A stretch of 64,000 bases of DNA, taken from contig JAZQKI010000047.1 of NCBI GenBank assembly GCA_045542075.1, positions 10,559 through 74,558 of the forward strand, read 5' to 3'. The notes under the pieces were generated by a model. That model saw nothing but the letters and a program-made list of their open reading frames with translations, searched no databases and was not told where the DNA came from. The position numbers and the translations under genes were made by a program. The number at the start of each line of letters is the position of its first letter. The stretch's first letter is position 1. Origin of the DNA: Eubacteriales bacterium. Lineage in GTDB: Bacteria > Bacillota > Clostridia > Oscillospirales > CAG-272. Below, one piece after another: positions 18,961-27,388 of the stretch.

Positions 18961-21363
18961 ATGGCAGTAAAATTCACACCAAAGGCGCAAAGCATTCTTT
19001 CAAAAACAAACAGCATTTCAAGGGATCTCGGACATTCATATGTCGGCACGGAGCATCTGCTCCTTGGAATCATCAAAACCCAGGGCTGCATCGCGTCAGA
19101 AATACTGAAGTCACGCGGAGCAGACGAGGTGTCCGTTGCTAAAAAAATAAATGCATTGAACGGCGATATCAGTTCCCGTCCCATATCGGATATCGAGCTT
19201 ACCCCAAGCCTTAAGTCAATTATCAACAACGCCTCAAAAAAGGCATCCGCCTTAAGTCAACGATTTGTCGGAAGCGAGCATTTACTCCTATCGCTCGTAT
19301 GTGAGGATGGCTGCGTGGCAACAAGAATACTTGAGAGTCTTGGGATCTCAAGCATCGGTATAAAAAATGACGTCGAGCATTTTATCAGCTTAGCTCCAAG
19401 CACTGCATCTTCTTATGATGAAGATGTGAATGAGATGGGTGAAACACTGTCGCGATACGGCAAGGATCTGACACAGCTCGCCGCAAGCGGAAGGCTTGAG
19501 CCTGTCATTGGCAGAGCTCAGCAGACCGATCGGCTCATTCGGGTTCTATGTCGCAAAAGTAAAAACAACCCTTGTCTTATCGGCGAGCCGGGAGTTGGAA
19601 AAACCGCGATAGTCGAGGGGCTAGCGGACAAAATAATCCGTGGGCACGTGCCGGAGCCTTTACTCGGAAAGAAAATCATTTCCGTGGATCTGTCACGAAT
19701 GATCTCGGGCGCGAAATACCGAGGAGAGTTTGAGGAAAGGCTCAAATCTCTATTAAACGAGGTCGAGTCCCGCGATGATATCATTTTATTTGTGGACGAG
19801 CTTCACACAATAGTCGGCGCGGGCGCGGCTGAAGGCGCGCTTGACGCGGCAAATATCATAAAGCCCGCCCTGTCCCGCGGTGAGATACAGATGATAGGCG
19901 CGACAACCATTGAGGAATATCGCAAGCACATCGAGAAGGACGCGGCGCTTGAGCGCCGCTTTCAAGCTGTGACCGTAAGCGAGACCAATCGGGCTGAAAC
20001 GCTTGAGATACTCAAGGGTCTGCGCAAAAAATACGAGGAGCATCACAAGCTCCGCATCTCCGACGAGGCGCTCTGCGCCGCAATAGATATGTCGGTAAGA
20101 TATATAAACGACCGTTTCTTGCCCGACAAGGCTATAGACGTACTTGACGAGGCTGCTGCGGCTCTGCGTCTGAGCGAAATATCCCGAAAGAAAAAGAGCG
20201 ATTCTCTTGAGATTGAGCTAAAGAAGGTGCAAAAGGACAAGGAGGTTGCCGCGGTGTCGGGGGACATTGAGCTGGCAAGATCTCTGCGCGAGCGGGAGAT
20301 AAGGATTGCCGAAAAAATCAATTTTGAGCACGAAAATCAAGAAAAAAAGCCACGGCGCAGTGTTCTGCGCGCGGCTCATATAGCCGATACTATCACAAGG
20401 CAAACGGGTATACCCGTCTCAAAAATTATGGAGGAGGATTCGCAAAGACTCCTTAATCTCTCGAGCGAGCTGTCGGCGCAGATAATCGGTCAGGACGAGG
20501 CAATAAATCAGATCTCTCGCGCGATACGCAGAGGTCGCACGGGGCTCAAGGACCCCTCCCGTCCCATTGGCTCGTTTATTTTCGCAGGCGCGACGGGTGT
20601 GGGAAAAACACAACTCTGCAAGGCGCTTGCAGTCTCGCTTTTCGGCAGCGAAAAATCGCTTATCCGCATTGATATGTCGGAATATATGGAGCGACACAGC
20701 GTGTCGAAGCTTATCGGCTCGCCGCCAGGGTATATAGGTCACGGCGAGGGCGGAATACTCACCGAAAAGGTCAAGCGCGCGCCCTACTCAATCATTCTGC
20801 TTGACGAGATAGAAAAGGCGCACCCCGACATCTTCAACATTTTGCTCCAGATACTTGACGACGGTATTCTGACCGACTCCTGCGGACGAAAAATCGACTT
20901 TAAGAACACGGTGATAATTATGACGTCGAACATCGGAGCTCGCAACATCACAAAGAACACGCTTGGATTTGGTGCGTCGGACACAAACGACTTTTCGGGA
21001 GAGAAAAGCGAGATAATGAGCGAGATAAAGCGGACGTTTTCGCCTGAGTTTATAAACCGCGTGGACAATATTATAGTGTTCAGACGGCTTACTGTCGAGG
21101 ATATGACGGCTATAACGAAAAACCTGCTTAACGGCCTTGTAGGGCAGATGAAAAAAATGAAGATTGAGCTTGAGTATGACAACTCGGTTTGCGAGTATAT
21201 AGCCAAAATCTCGCAAGCCGAAAGCCTCGGCGCGCGACCAATAAAGCGCAATATTACACGTCTTATAGAGGACAAAATATCCGAAAAGCTCCTCACAGGC
21301 GAGCTGAAATCGGGAGGCAAGGTGAGACTTTCGGTTGAGGGGGATAACATTATTCTGTCGTAG
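18961..21363 (+). CDS. clpC: ATP-dependent Clp protease ATP-binding subunit ClpC
   Basis: Double Clp-N repeat (GTEHLLLG / GSEHLLLS), Walker [10 protein letters not shown] and [12 protein letters not shown]-like middle domain, 800 aa. Confidence 0.95.
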   Translation: MAVKFTPKAQSILSKTNSISRDLGHSYVGTEHLLLGIIKTQGCIASEILKSRGADEVSVAKKINALNGDISSRPISDIELTPSLKSIINNASKKASALSQRFVGSEHLLLSLVCEDGCVATRILESLGISSIGIKNDVEHFISLAPSTASSYDEDVNEMGETLSRYGKDLTQLAASGRLEPVIGRAQQTDRLIRVLCRKSKNNPCLIGEPGVGKTAIVEGLADKIIRGHVPEPLLGKKIISVDLSRMISGAKYRGEFEERLKSLLNEVESRDDIILFVDELHTIVGAGAAEGALDAANIIKPALSRGEIQMIGATTIEEYRKHIEKDAALERRFQAVTVSETNRAETLEILKGLRKKYEEHHKLRISDEALCAAIDMSVRYINDRFLPDKAIDVLDEAAAALRLSEISRKKKSDSLEIELKKVQKDKEVAAVSGDIELARSLREREIRIAEKINFEHENQEKKPRRSVLRAAHIADTITRQTGIPVSKIMEEDSQRLLNLSSELSAQIIGQDEAINQISRAIRRGRTGLKDPSRPIGSFIFAGATGVGKTQLCKALAVSLFGSEKSLIRIDMSEYMERHSVSKLIGSPPGYIGHGEGGILTEKVKRAPYSIILLDEIEKAHPDIFNILLQILDDGILTDSCGRKIDFKNTVIIMTSNIGARNITKNTLGFGASDTNDFSGEKSEIMSEIKRTFSPEFINRVDNIIVFRRLTVEDMTAITKNLLNGLVGQMKKMKIELEYDNSVCEYIAKISQAESLGARPIKRNITRLIEDKISEKLLTGELKSGGKVRLSVEGDNIILS

Positions 21364-21408
21364 GGCGGCGGCTTGCTGCCGCCGTGTATAATCGATAACC
21401 GATTATTT

Positions 21409-21436
21409 GCGGGCTGTCGTGGGCGCCAGCCCCTAC
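21409..21436. repeat. GC-rich element ending in GCCCCTAC
   Basis: GCGGGCTGTCGTGGGCGCCAGCCCCTAC with an internal GGGCTG/CAGCCC stem. It shares the GCCCCTAC end with the 31011..31068 element and is flanked by ATAATCG(A/G)ATA direct repeats. Confidence 0.5.
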
Positions 21437-21502
21437 GGATAATCGGATATCATTTTTCATGTTGACTATATTATTATGTCTTAGGGGCTCTGTCATCTTG
21501 TT

Positions 21503-21550
21503 AGCCTTCTCCAGCAGAGAAGGGGGACCGCTTGCGGTGGATGAGGAGAG
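21503..21550. repeat. left arm of an inverted repeat pair (module ...CCTTCTCCAGCAGAGAAGG...GATGAGGAGAG)
   Basis: Pairs with 21661..21709. The terminal ~20 nt and inner 11 nt match well, the middle poorly. Confidence 0.6.
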
Positions 21551-21660
21551 CCTTATTTTTGAGTGTAATCTATCCGTTTGATTATTTCGATGTGGAGGAT
21601 AAAGTTTCATTTTATTTGTCAATGAGTAATCAAATAGACACTTCATTATCTGAAGTGGTA

Positions 21661-21709
21661 CTCTCCTCATCGTCGGCTTCGCCGCCACCTTCCCCCGCTG
21701 GGGAAGGCT
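21661..21709. repeat. right arm of the inverted repeat pair (CTCTCCTCATC...CCTTCCCCCGCTGGGGAAGG)
   Basis: Its reverse complement aligns by eye with 21503..21550. It contains its own 8-bp hairpin. Confidence 0.6.
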
Positions 21710-21741
21710 ATTTTACAAGTAATCGAATACCAATAACATAA

Positions 21742-21770
21742 CAAAAGGCGGTGCGATGCACCGCCTTTGT
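21742..21770 (-). terminator. intrinsic terminator after galM
   Basis: AAAGGCGGTGC-GAT-GCACCGCCTTT. U-tract on the minus strand. Confidence 0.8.
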
Positions 21771-21779
21771 TATTTAATT

Positions 21780-22820
21780 TCATTTCACAAAAAACTCAAA
21801 CGTTGTTTCCCTTTCGTAAAGCTCCCCTGCTTTGAGGATGGGATTTGTGAAATTTTTATGGTTCATACTGTCGGGCATTATCTGTGTTTCCAGACAAAAG
21901 GCGCTCTGCGGTGACTGCGGATAATTGCCCTTGAAGGGGTATTTTTCATTGGTCAGGAAATTTCCCGTATAGAACTGCACGCAGGGCTGATTTGTGTAAA
22001 CTCTCATTTCTCTGCCGCTTGTCTTTTCGCAGACCTCAATTTTAGGGCAGGACGCGTCTATATCCTCAAACACAAGACAATGGTCGTAGCCGCCTGCAAT
22101 TTTTAAGTCGTTGTCTGAAAAGTCAAAGTCTCTGCCAATGGTTTTGGGCGTTCTGAAATCAAAGGGGTTTCTCTCCACGCTCTTAATCTCGCCCGTAGGG
22201 ATCAGACTCTCATCGGTGGGCAGATAGCTATGCGCGTGGATGCAGACCTCGTGGTCAAGCACATTGCCGCTATTAAATCCCGCGAGGTTAAAATACGTGT
22301 GATTTGTGAGGTTTATCACGGTATTCTTGTCGCTCTGCGCTCTGTATTTCAAGGTTATTCTGCCGCCGCAGACTGTGTATTCAACGCTGACGTTAAGATT
22401 TCCGGGATACCCCTCCTCGCCGTCGGGAGAAAAATAGGAAAATTTCACGCTGCACTCGCCCGTTATCTCTGACCTCCAGACCTTGTGCGAAAATCCGACC
22501 TTGCCACCGTGGAGATGGTTTTCACCGTTATTACAATATAGGCTGTACTCTGCTCCGTCAAGCGTGAATTTACCCTTGTTTATTCTGTTTGCCCATCTGC
22601 CGACGACCGCTCCCTGATATCCGTCGCCCTCTATATAAGAATCAAGGTCATCATAGCCGCAGATAATATCGGTATATACTCCGTCCTTGTCAGGGGCAAA
22701 AAGCGACACCATAGCCGCACCAAGCTCCATAACAGAGAGCTTTATGCCGTCGCTCTCAATGTCGTATATACACACGTCCTCACCGCTTGGCGTTTGTCCA
22801 AATAATCTTTTAGAAATCAT
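21780..22820 (-). CDS. galM: aldose 1-epimerase (galactose mutarotase)
   Basis: NLTNHTYFNL, HLHGG and other mutarotase blocks. The true start, ATG 22820, lies 1 nt after the galE stop. The longer ORF to 22952 overlaps galE. Confidence 0.9.
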   Translation of the reverse strand: MISKRLFGQTPSGEDVCIYDIESDGIKLSVMELGAAMVSLFAPDKDGVYTDIICGYDDLDSYIEGDGYQGAVVGRWANRINKGKFTLDGAEYSLYCNNGENHLHGGKVGFSHKVWRSEITGECSVKFSYFSPDGEEGYPGNLNVSVEYTVCGGRITLKYRAQSDKNTVINLTNHTYFNLAGFNSGNVLDHEVCIHAHSYLPTDESLIPTGEIKSVERNPFDFRTPKTIGRDFDFSDNDLKIAGGYDHCLVFEDIDASCPKIEVCEKTSGREMRVYTNQPCVQFYTGNFLTNEKYPFKGNYPQSPQSAFCLETQIMPDSMNHKNFTNPILKAGELYERETTFEFFVK

Positions 22821-22821
22821 A

Positions 22822-23841
22822 TTATTCACCGTATCCATCGGGGTTTTTGGTCTGCCAGTTGTGCGAATCAGCGCACATCTCGTATATGCCGTACTCCGCT
22901 CTCCAACCGAGTATTTCAGCGGCCTTCGTGGGATCAGCGTAGCACTCGTCAATATCTCCCGCGCGGCGACCGCAGATACGGTAGTTTATCTTCACGCCCG
23001 ACGCCTGCTCATACGCGTTCACTACGTCAAGCACAGAATAGCCCTTGCCCGTACCGATGTTGAAATAGTCGAGTCCGCGTCTTTCCTTTATGGACTCAAG
23101 CGCGCAGAGGTGAGCTTTTGCAAGGTCAACCACGTGTATATAATCACGCACACCCGTGCCGTCGTGTGTGTTGTAATCGTTGCCGAACACATTGAGAATA
23201 GGAAGCTTGCCGACAGCGACCTTTGTGACGTACGGCAAAAGGTTGTTGGGTATTCCCTTGGGGTCCTCTCCGATAAGTCCGCTCTTATGCGCGCCGATAG
23301 GATTGAAATAGCGCAGAACAGAGATATTCCACTCGTTGTCCGCGGTATAGAGAGCTTCAAGCATCTTTTCAATTATTATCTTTGTTTCTCCGTAAGGATT
23401 AGTCGCGTGACCTACCTTTGCATCCTCGCGTATCGGTACGCACTCGGGAGTGCCGTAGACCGTTGCGGACGACGAGAAAACTATGGTCTTTACGTTATGC
23501 GCCCTCATGGCTTCAAGGAGCGTCAGCGTACCTGTGACGTTATTGTGGAAATATTCAAGGGGCTTTTGCACCGACTCGCCAACCGCCTTGAGTCCCGCAA
23601 AATGTATGCAGCTGTCAATCTCGGGGTTTTCCTCGAAAATTCTGTCAAGCGCAGCTCTGTCAAGAATATCCGCCTCGTAGAGCTTTGCGTCCTTTCCTGT
23701 TATTTCTTTTATTCTGTCGAGCACCACGGGCTTACTGTTTGAAAAGTTGTCAACAATAACCACGTCATATCCCGCCTCAAGAAATTCAACCACCGCGTGC
23801 GAGCCTATAAAGCCCGTTCCACCTGTAATAAGTACTGACAT
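22822..23841 (-). CDS. galE: UDP-glucose 4-epimerase
   Basis: GGTGFIGSH Rossmann motif, SSSATVYG, NPYGETK (YxxxK), 339 aa. Confidence 0.95.
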   Translation of the reverse strand: MSVLITGGTGFIGSHAVVEFLEAGYDVVIVDNFSNSKPVVLDRIKEITGKDAKLYEADILDRAALDRIFEENPEIDSCIHFAGLKAVGESVQKPLEYFHNNVTGTLTLLEAMRAHNVKTIVFSSSATVYGTPECVPIREDAKVGHATNPYGETKIIIEKMLEALYTADNEWNISVLRYFNPIGAHKSGLIGEDPKGIPNNLLPYVTKVAVGKLPILNVFGNDYNTHDGTGVRDYIHVVDLAKAHLCALESIKERRGLDYFNIGTGKGYSVLDVVNAYEQASGVKINYRICGRRAGDIDECYADPTKAAEILGWRAEYGIYEMCADSHNWQTKNPDGYGE

Positions 23842-23854
23842 TTTTCTCTCTCCT

Positions 23855-24757
23855 TTACTTTGTCCAAAGTCCTTTTTTATATTTTCCGTTGTTTATCATC
23901 TCGCATATACTTTCCACCACTCGCGGCTTATCATCGGGATATGTCACTCCGTACCATTTTGCAGTGGTAGTATAAACGCTCACGTCACATCTTCCCTCTT
24001 TCATCATAGCATCAATTACTATGGGAAGATATATCTCCTTTTTGAGCGGGTCACCGCTCTCATCCGCCATAAACTCACGCATTTTTGACTTAATATATGG
24101 GAAAATTGCGGGTGTAAGTCCCCAACAGTTCATAGAGACCACACTGTCACCGCACAGAGATATCCAACCGTTTCCGTCAAAATATTCCGCGTCCTTGCCG
24201 CAGATCCGCACCTTTGTTCTTTCATTTATCTCAACAAGCGCACCCTTCTCATCCATAGTACAAACTCCGCGGGACACCGTACCGTTTTCGGTAAGTGTGT
24301 TTTTGAGGATATACCCTATCATGCAAAAATCCGTATCTGCCTTACCGGACGAAAGATGCCGAGCAAGACGGACAAAGGCGTCCCTGCCGTAAAAATCGTC
24401 GGCATTGATCACAGCAAATTTGTCGTTTCCGATCGCGTCCTCGGCGCAAAGCAGAGCGTGCGCAGTTCCCCAGGGCTTGACTCTGCCCTCGGGTACTGTG
24501 AAACCATCCGGAATATTGTCTATCTCCTGAAATGCATACTCCGTTTTGATAAATGGCTCAACGCGAGATCCGATAGTCTCTCGGAAAAGCTCAAAATTCT
24601 CTTTCTTGATTATGAAAACAACTTTATCAAATCCTGCCTTTATTGCGTCATAAACCGAAAAATCTATGATAAATTCACGATTTTCTGTTATAGGGTCAAG
24701 CTGCTTGAGCCCACCGTACCGCGAGCCCATGCCTGCCGCAAGAATTACAAGCGTCAT
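23855..24757 (-). CDS. sugar-phosphate nucleotidyltransferase (GT-A fold)
   Basis: N-terminal LAAGMGSRYGGLKQ nucleotide-binding loop. ATG 24757 has GGAGG 5 nt upstream. 300 aa. Confidence 0.75.
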   Translation of the reverse strand: MTLVILAAGMGSRYGGLKQLDPITENREFIIDFSVYDAIKAGFDKVVFIIKKENFELFRETIGSRVEPFIKTEYAFQEIDNIPDGFTVPEGRVKPWGTAHALLCAEDAIGNDKFAVINADDFYGRDAFVRLARHLSSGKADTDFCMIGYILKNTLTENGTVSRGVCTMDEKGALVEINERTKVRICGKDAEYFDGNGWISLCGDSVVSMNCWGLTPAIFPYIKSKMREFMADESGDPLKKEIYLPIVIDAMMKEGRCDVSVYTTTAKWYGVTYPDDKPRVVESICEMINNGKYKKGLWTK

Positions 24758-24849
24758 AATATCCTCCAAATACCTTATACATTCTCATTATATCACAAAC
24801 ACTTGAAAATGTATATATTTTTTTGAAATTTTTATATAGAATTTGATTA

Positions 24850-24878
24850 TTGACAAACAATATTTTTGAGCGTATAAT
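24850..24878 (+). promoter_or_regulatory. sigma-A promoter of ABC importer operon
   Basis: TTGACA-17 nt-TATAAT. Confidence 0.7.
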
Positions 24879-24925
24879 TGTATCGGACAATACGCTTTTT
24901 TATAAGAAAAGGAAGGCAAAATATA

Positions 24926-25915
24926 ATGAAAAAAACGGCTGAAATTTTATTGTCCGTTCTACTTGCGTTAATTCTGTCAGTTATGGCAGTCTCATGCAAC
25001 GGCACGGACAAAAACAATCAAACGCCTGAAAAAATAAATATAGCGACATTGAGCGGCACAACGGGCTTTGGTATGGCAAAGCTAATATCTGACTCAAAGA
25101 ATTCGCAATCTCAGCTAAATTACAGCATTGAGGTACAGACCGATCCAAGCCTTATTCAAGCCGCGCTTATAAGCGGCGAGCTTGATATCGCCACCCTGCC
25201 CACCAATGCGGCGGCAAATCTTTACGCAAAAACTAACGGCGGTATAAAAATACTTGCAACAAACACACTCGGCGTGCTTTACGTAGTTGTAAACGAGGCA
25301 AATTCAGATATAAAATCCCTCTCAGACCTTGACGGCAAAACTGTTTTTTGTCCTGCGCAGAATCCCACATTTATATTCAAGGGACTTTGCGATAAGGCGG
25401 GAGTCAACGTCAAGGTAGACAACACCTACGCCCAGCCCGCTGATCTGCGCACGGCGATTATTGCAGGTCAGGCAGATATCGCGATCCTTCCCGAGCCTAT
25501 GGTGACTATCGCAATATCCGCAAATAAATCTCTGACCGCCGCGCTCGATATTACTGCAGAATGGGACAAGGTGTTTCCCGAGGGCTCACTTGTACAGGGT
25601 TGCGTGGTCGCAAGAACCGAATTTATCGAGCAGTATCCCGAGGCGGTTGAGAAATTTCTCACTGAATACCGAGCTTCGGTAAATTACGTAAACCAAAATA
25701 CAGGCGATGCGGCAAGGCTTATAGCCGAGACGGGCATTTTTGATAATGAAAATATAGCAAAAACAGCCATTCCGAAATGTAATATCAAATATGTTGACGG
25801 TGACGAGATGGCTGCCGCGCTTGACCTCTTTTTCAGTACACTTTATGACATAGATCCCAAGGCGGTGGGCGGCTCTGTTCCATCCGCGGATATATACTAC
25901 AGGTTAAATGATTAA
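24926..25915 (+). CDS. ABC transporter substrate-binding lipoprotein (NMT1/THI5-like, NitT/TauT family)
   Basis: Signal peptide with lipobox (MAVSC). Periplasmic-binding-protein flavour. RBS AAAGGAAGG. Confidence 0.8.
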   Translation: MKKTAEILLSVLLALILSVMAVSCNGTDKNNQTPEKINIATLSGTTGFGMAKLISDSKNSQSQLNYSIEVQTDPSLIQAALISGELDIATLPTNAAANLYAKTNGGIKILATNTLGVLYVVVNEANSDIKSLSDLDGKTVFCPAQNPTFIFKGLCDKAGVNVKVDNTYAQPADLRTAIIAGQADIAILPEPMVTIAISANKSLTAALDITAEWDKVFPEGSLVQGCVVARTEFIEQYPEAVEKFLTEYRASVNYVNQNTGDAARLIAETGIFDNENIAKTAIPKCNIKYVDGDEMAAALDLFFSTLYDIDPKAVGGSVPSADIYYRLND

Positions 25916-26669
25916 AAAAATTCTAAAAACATCACTGATAATTCTATTTTGGGGTATTGTTTGGCAGGCACTGTCCATGATAGTCGGCAATCAGCTGCTG
26001 CTCCCCTCACCGCTAATAACTCTTAAAAGACTTTTCGAGCTTGCATGCACGCTTGAGTTTTACACAATAATACTCCGTTCGCTTGTAAGAATACTTATAG
26101 GCACAGCAGCGGCAGTTATACTCGGAGTGCTTTTGGCGACAGCAAGCGCAAGGCTCAAGCTTTTGCACGACTTCATATCACCTATTATGACGGTGATAAA
26201 GGCGGTCCCCGTGGTGTCGTTTATTCTGCTTCTGCTCTTGTGGCTGGGCAGAGACATTCTTCCGTCTATCATTTCCGAGCTGATAGTTTTACCTATTGTT
26301 TGGACAAACGTTGAGGCGGGGATCCTTCAGACCGACAATAGTCTTATTGAGCTTGCGAAGGTCTATAAAATGAGCGGATGGAAGAAATTGCGCCATATTT
26401 ACGCGCCGTCCGTGCTTCCCTATTTTATCTCATCTCTCAACTCATCCTTGGGTCTGGCGTGGAAGGCGGGAATTGCCGCAGAGGTGCTTGCCCTCCCCGT
26501 GATCGCGATAGGAAAGCAGATATATGAGTCCAAGCTTTATCTTGAAACAACCGATCTTTTTGCGTGGACTCTGACCGTGATAATCATAAGCCTTATCATT
26601 GAAAAGCTTATTGTTTTCGCCATAAAAAAGGCAACCTCCGCTAAAATCAGGACGGGAGGCAGAGTATGA
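25908..26669 (+). CDS. ABC transporter permease (NitT/TauT family)
   Basis: Six TM helices with an EAA-like loop (ELAKVYKMSGWKKLRHIYAPSVLPY). Overlaps the SBP gene by 8 nt. Confidence 0.85.
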   Translation: MIKKILKTSLIILFWGIVWQALSMIVGNQLLLPSPLITLKRLFELACTLEFYTIILRSLVRILIGTAAAVILGVLLATASARLKLLHDFISPIMTVIKAVPVVSFILLLLLWLGRDILPSIISELIVLPIVWTNVEAGILQTDNSLIELAKVYKMSGWKKLRHIYAPSVLPYFISSLNSSLGLAWKAGIAAEVLALPVIAIGKQIYESKLYLETTDLFAWTLTVIIISLIIEKLIVFAIKKATSAKIRTGGRV

Positions 26670-27238
26670 TAGAAATTTTGAACGTTACTAAAAAGTACGG
26701 CGAGCAGACCGTTCTCGATAATTTCTCGCTGACTGTAAATGACGGTGAAAAGCTGAACATCACAGGTGAGTCGGGTACAGGAAAGACAACTCTTTTGCGT
26801 ATTCTTTCGGGGCTTGAATCTGTGGATAACGGTATCGTAGTCTGCGAGAAAAAAACTGCATATATGTTCCAGGAGGCAAGACTGCTCCCATGGAAAACCG
26901 CCAAGGAAAATATTTTGGCGGTACTGAAAAAGGATAATTATTATTTAGCCGATAAGTATCTTGAAGCAATATGCCTTTCAGACGCGGCAGACAAAGTCCC
27001 AAGCGAGCTTTCGGGCGGCATGGCGCAGAGGGTGTCATTTGCGAGATTTCTCGCTTATGCCGAGGAATCGGGCGCGGATCTGCTTTTACTCGACGAACCC
27101 TTCTCTGCTCTTGACAAGGGCACGGCAGACAAGATGCTTGATCTTCTGCTTGACTTTGCCGTTGACAAAACGGTGATTCTCGTCACGCATGATGCTGATA
27201 CATCAGAAAAACTCGGCGGCAGAGTTGTGAAATTGTAA
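26666..27238 (+). CDS. ABC transporter ATP-binding protein (compact, 190 aa)
   Basis: Walker A GESGTGKTT, signature LSGGMAQR, Walker B LLLLDEP, H-loop VTHD. Overlaps the permease gene by 4 nt. Confidence 0.85.
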   Translation: MIEILNVTKKYGEQTVLDNFSLTVNDGEKLNITGESGTGKTTLLRILSGLESVDNGIVVCEKKTAYMFQEARLLPWKTAKENILAVLKKDNYYLADKYLEAICLSDAADKVPSELSGGMAQRVSFARFLAYAEESGADLLLLDEPFSALDKGTADKMLDLLLDFAVDKTVILVTHDADTSEKLGGRVVKL

Positions 27239-27245
27239 AAACTAC

Positions 27246-27273
27246 AAAAGGCGGTGCAATCACCGCCTTTTGT
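27246..27273 (+). terminator. intrinsic terminator of ABC operon
   Basis: AAAAGGCGGTG-CAAT-CACCGCCTTTT. Confidence 0.85.
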
Positions 27274-27277
27274 GCTG

Positions 27278-27310
27278 TCATCCGACCGAAGCGGAGGGAT
27301 CTCTCCTCTT
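27278..27310. repeat. possible partial third copy of the same module
   Basis: TCATCCGACCGAAGCGG versus the reverse complement of the left arm, TCATCCACCGCAAGCGG. By eye, about 16 of 18 with two indels. Confidence 0.35.
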
Positions 27311-27355
27311 TTCGTCATCATAGCTCGGGAGAGTCTCTACAAACTCAAAATGACA

Positions 27356-27385
27356 AAAATCCATCGGTTTGACCCGATGGATTTT
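27356..27385 (-). terminator. hairpin after LiaF-like gene
   Basis: AAAATCCATCGG-TTTGAC-CCGATGGATTTT. Confidence 0.7.
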
Positions 27386-27388
27386 CTA

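Noticed and set aside
21532-21741. A 69-aa ORF (and the complementary 21350..21688 ORF) inside the clpC-galM island.
   Set aside because: It starts with TTG, has no RBS and runs straight through the palindromic repeat arms. The PPPSPAGEGY-type translation is typical of repeat-derived pseudo-ORFs.
22821-22952. A 44-codon N-terminal extension of galM that overlaps the galE 3' end.
   Set aside because: The mutarotase homology begins at MISKRLFGQ (ATG 22820), 1 nt after the galE stop. The extension overlaps galE coding sequence in another frame.
24871-24901. A hairpin plus T-run (GCGTAT...ATACGC TTTTTT) that looks like a leader attenuator in front of the ABC importer.
   Set aside because: Its left arm is the -10 box itself, so it would not be transcribed. 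I found no riboswitch-like conserved core (for example TPP CUGAGA) between the promoter and the start codon.
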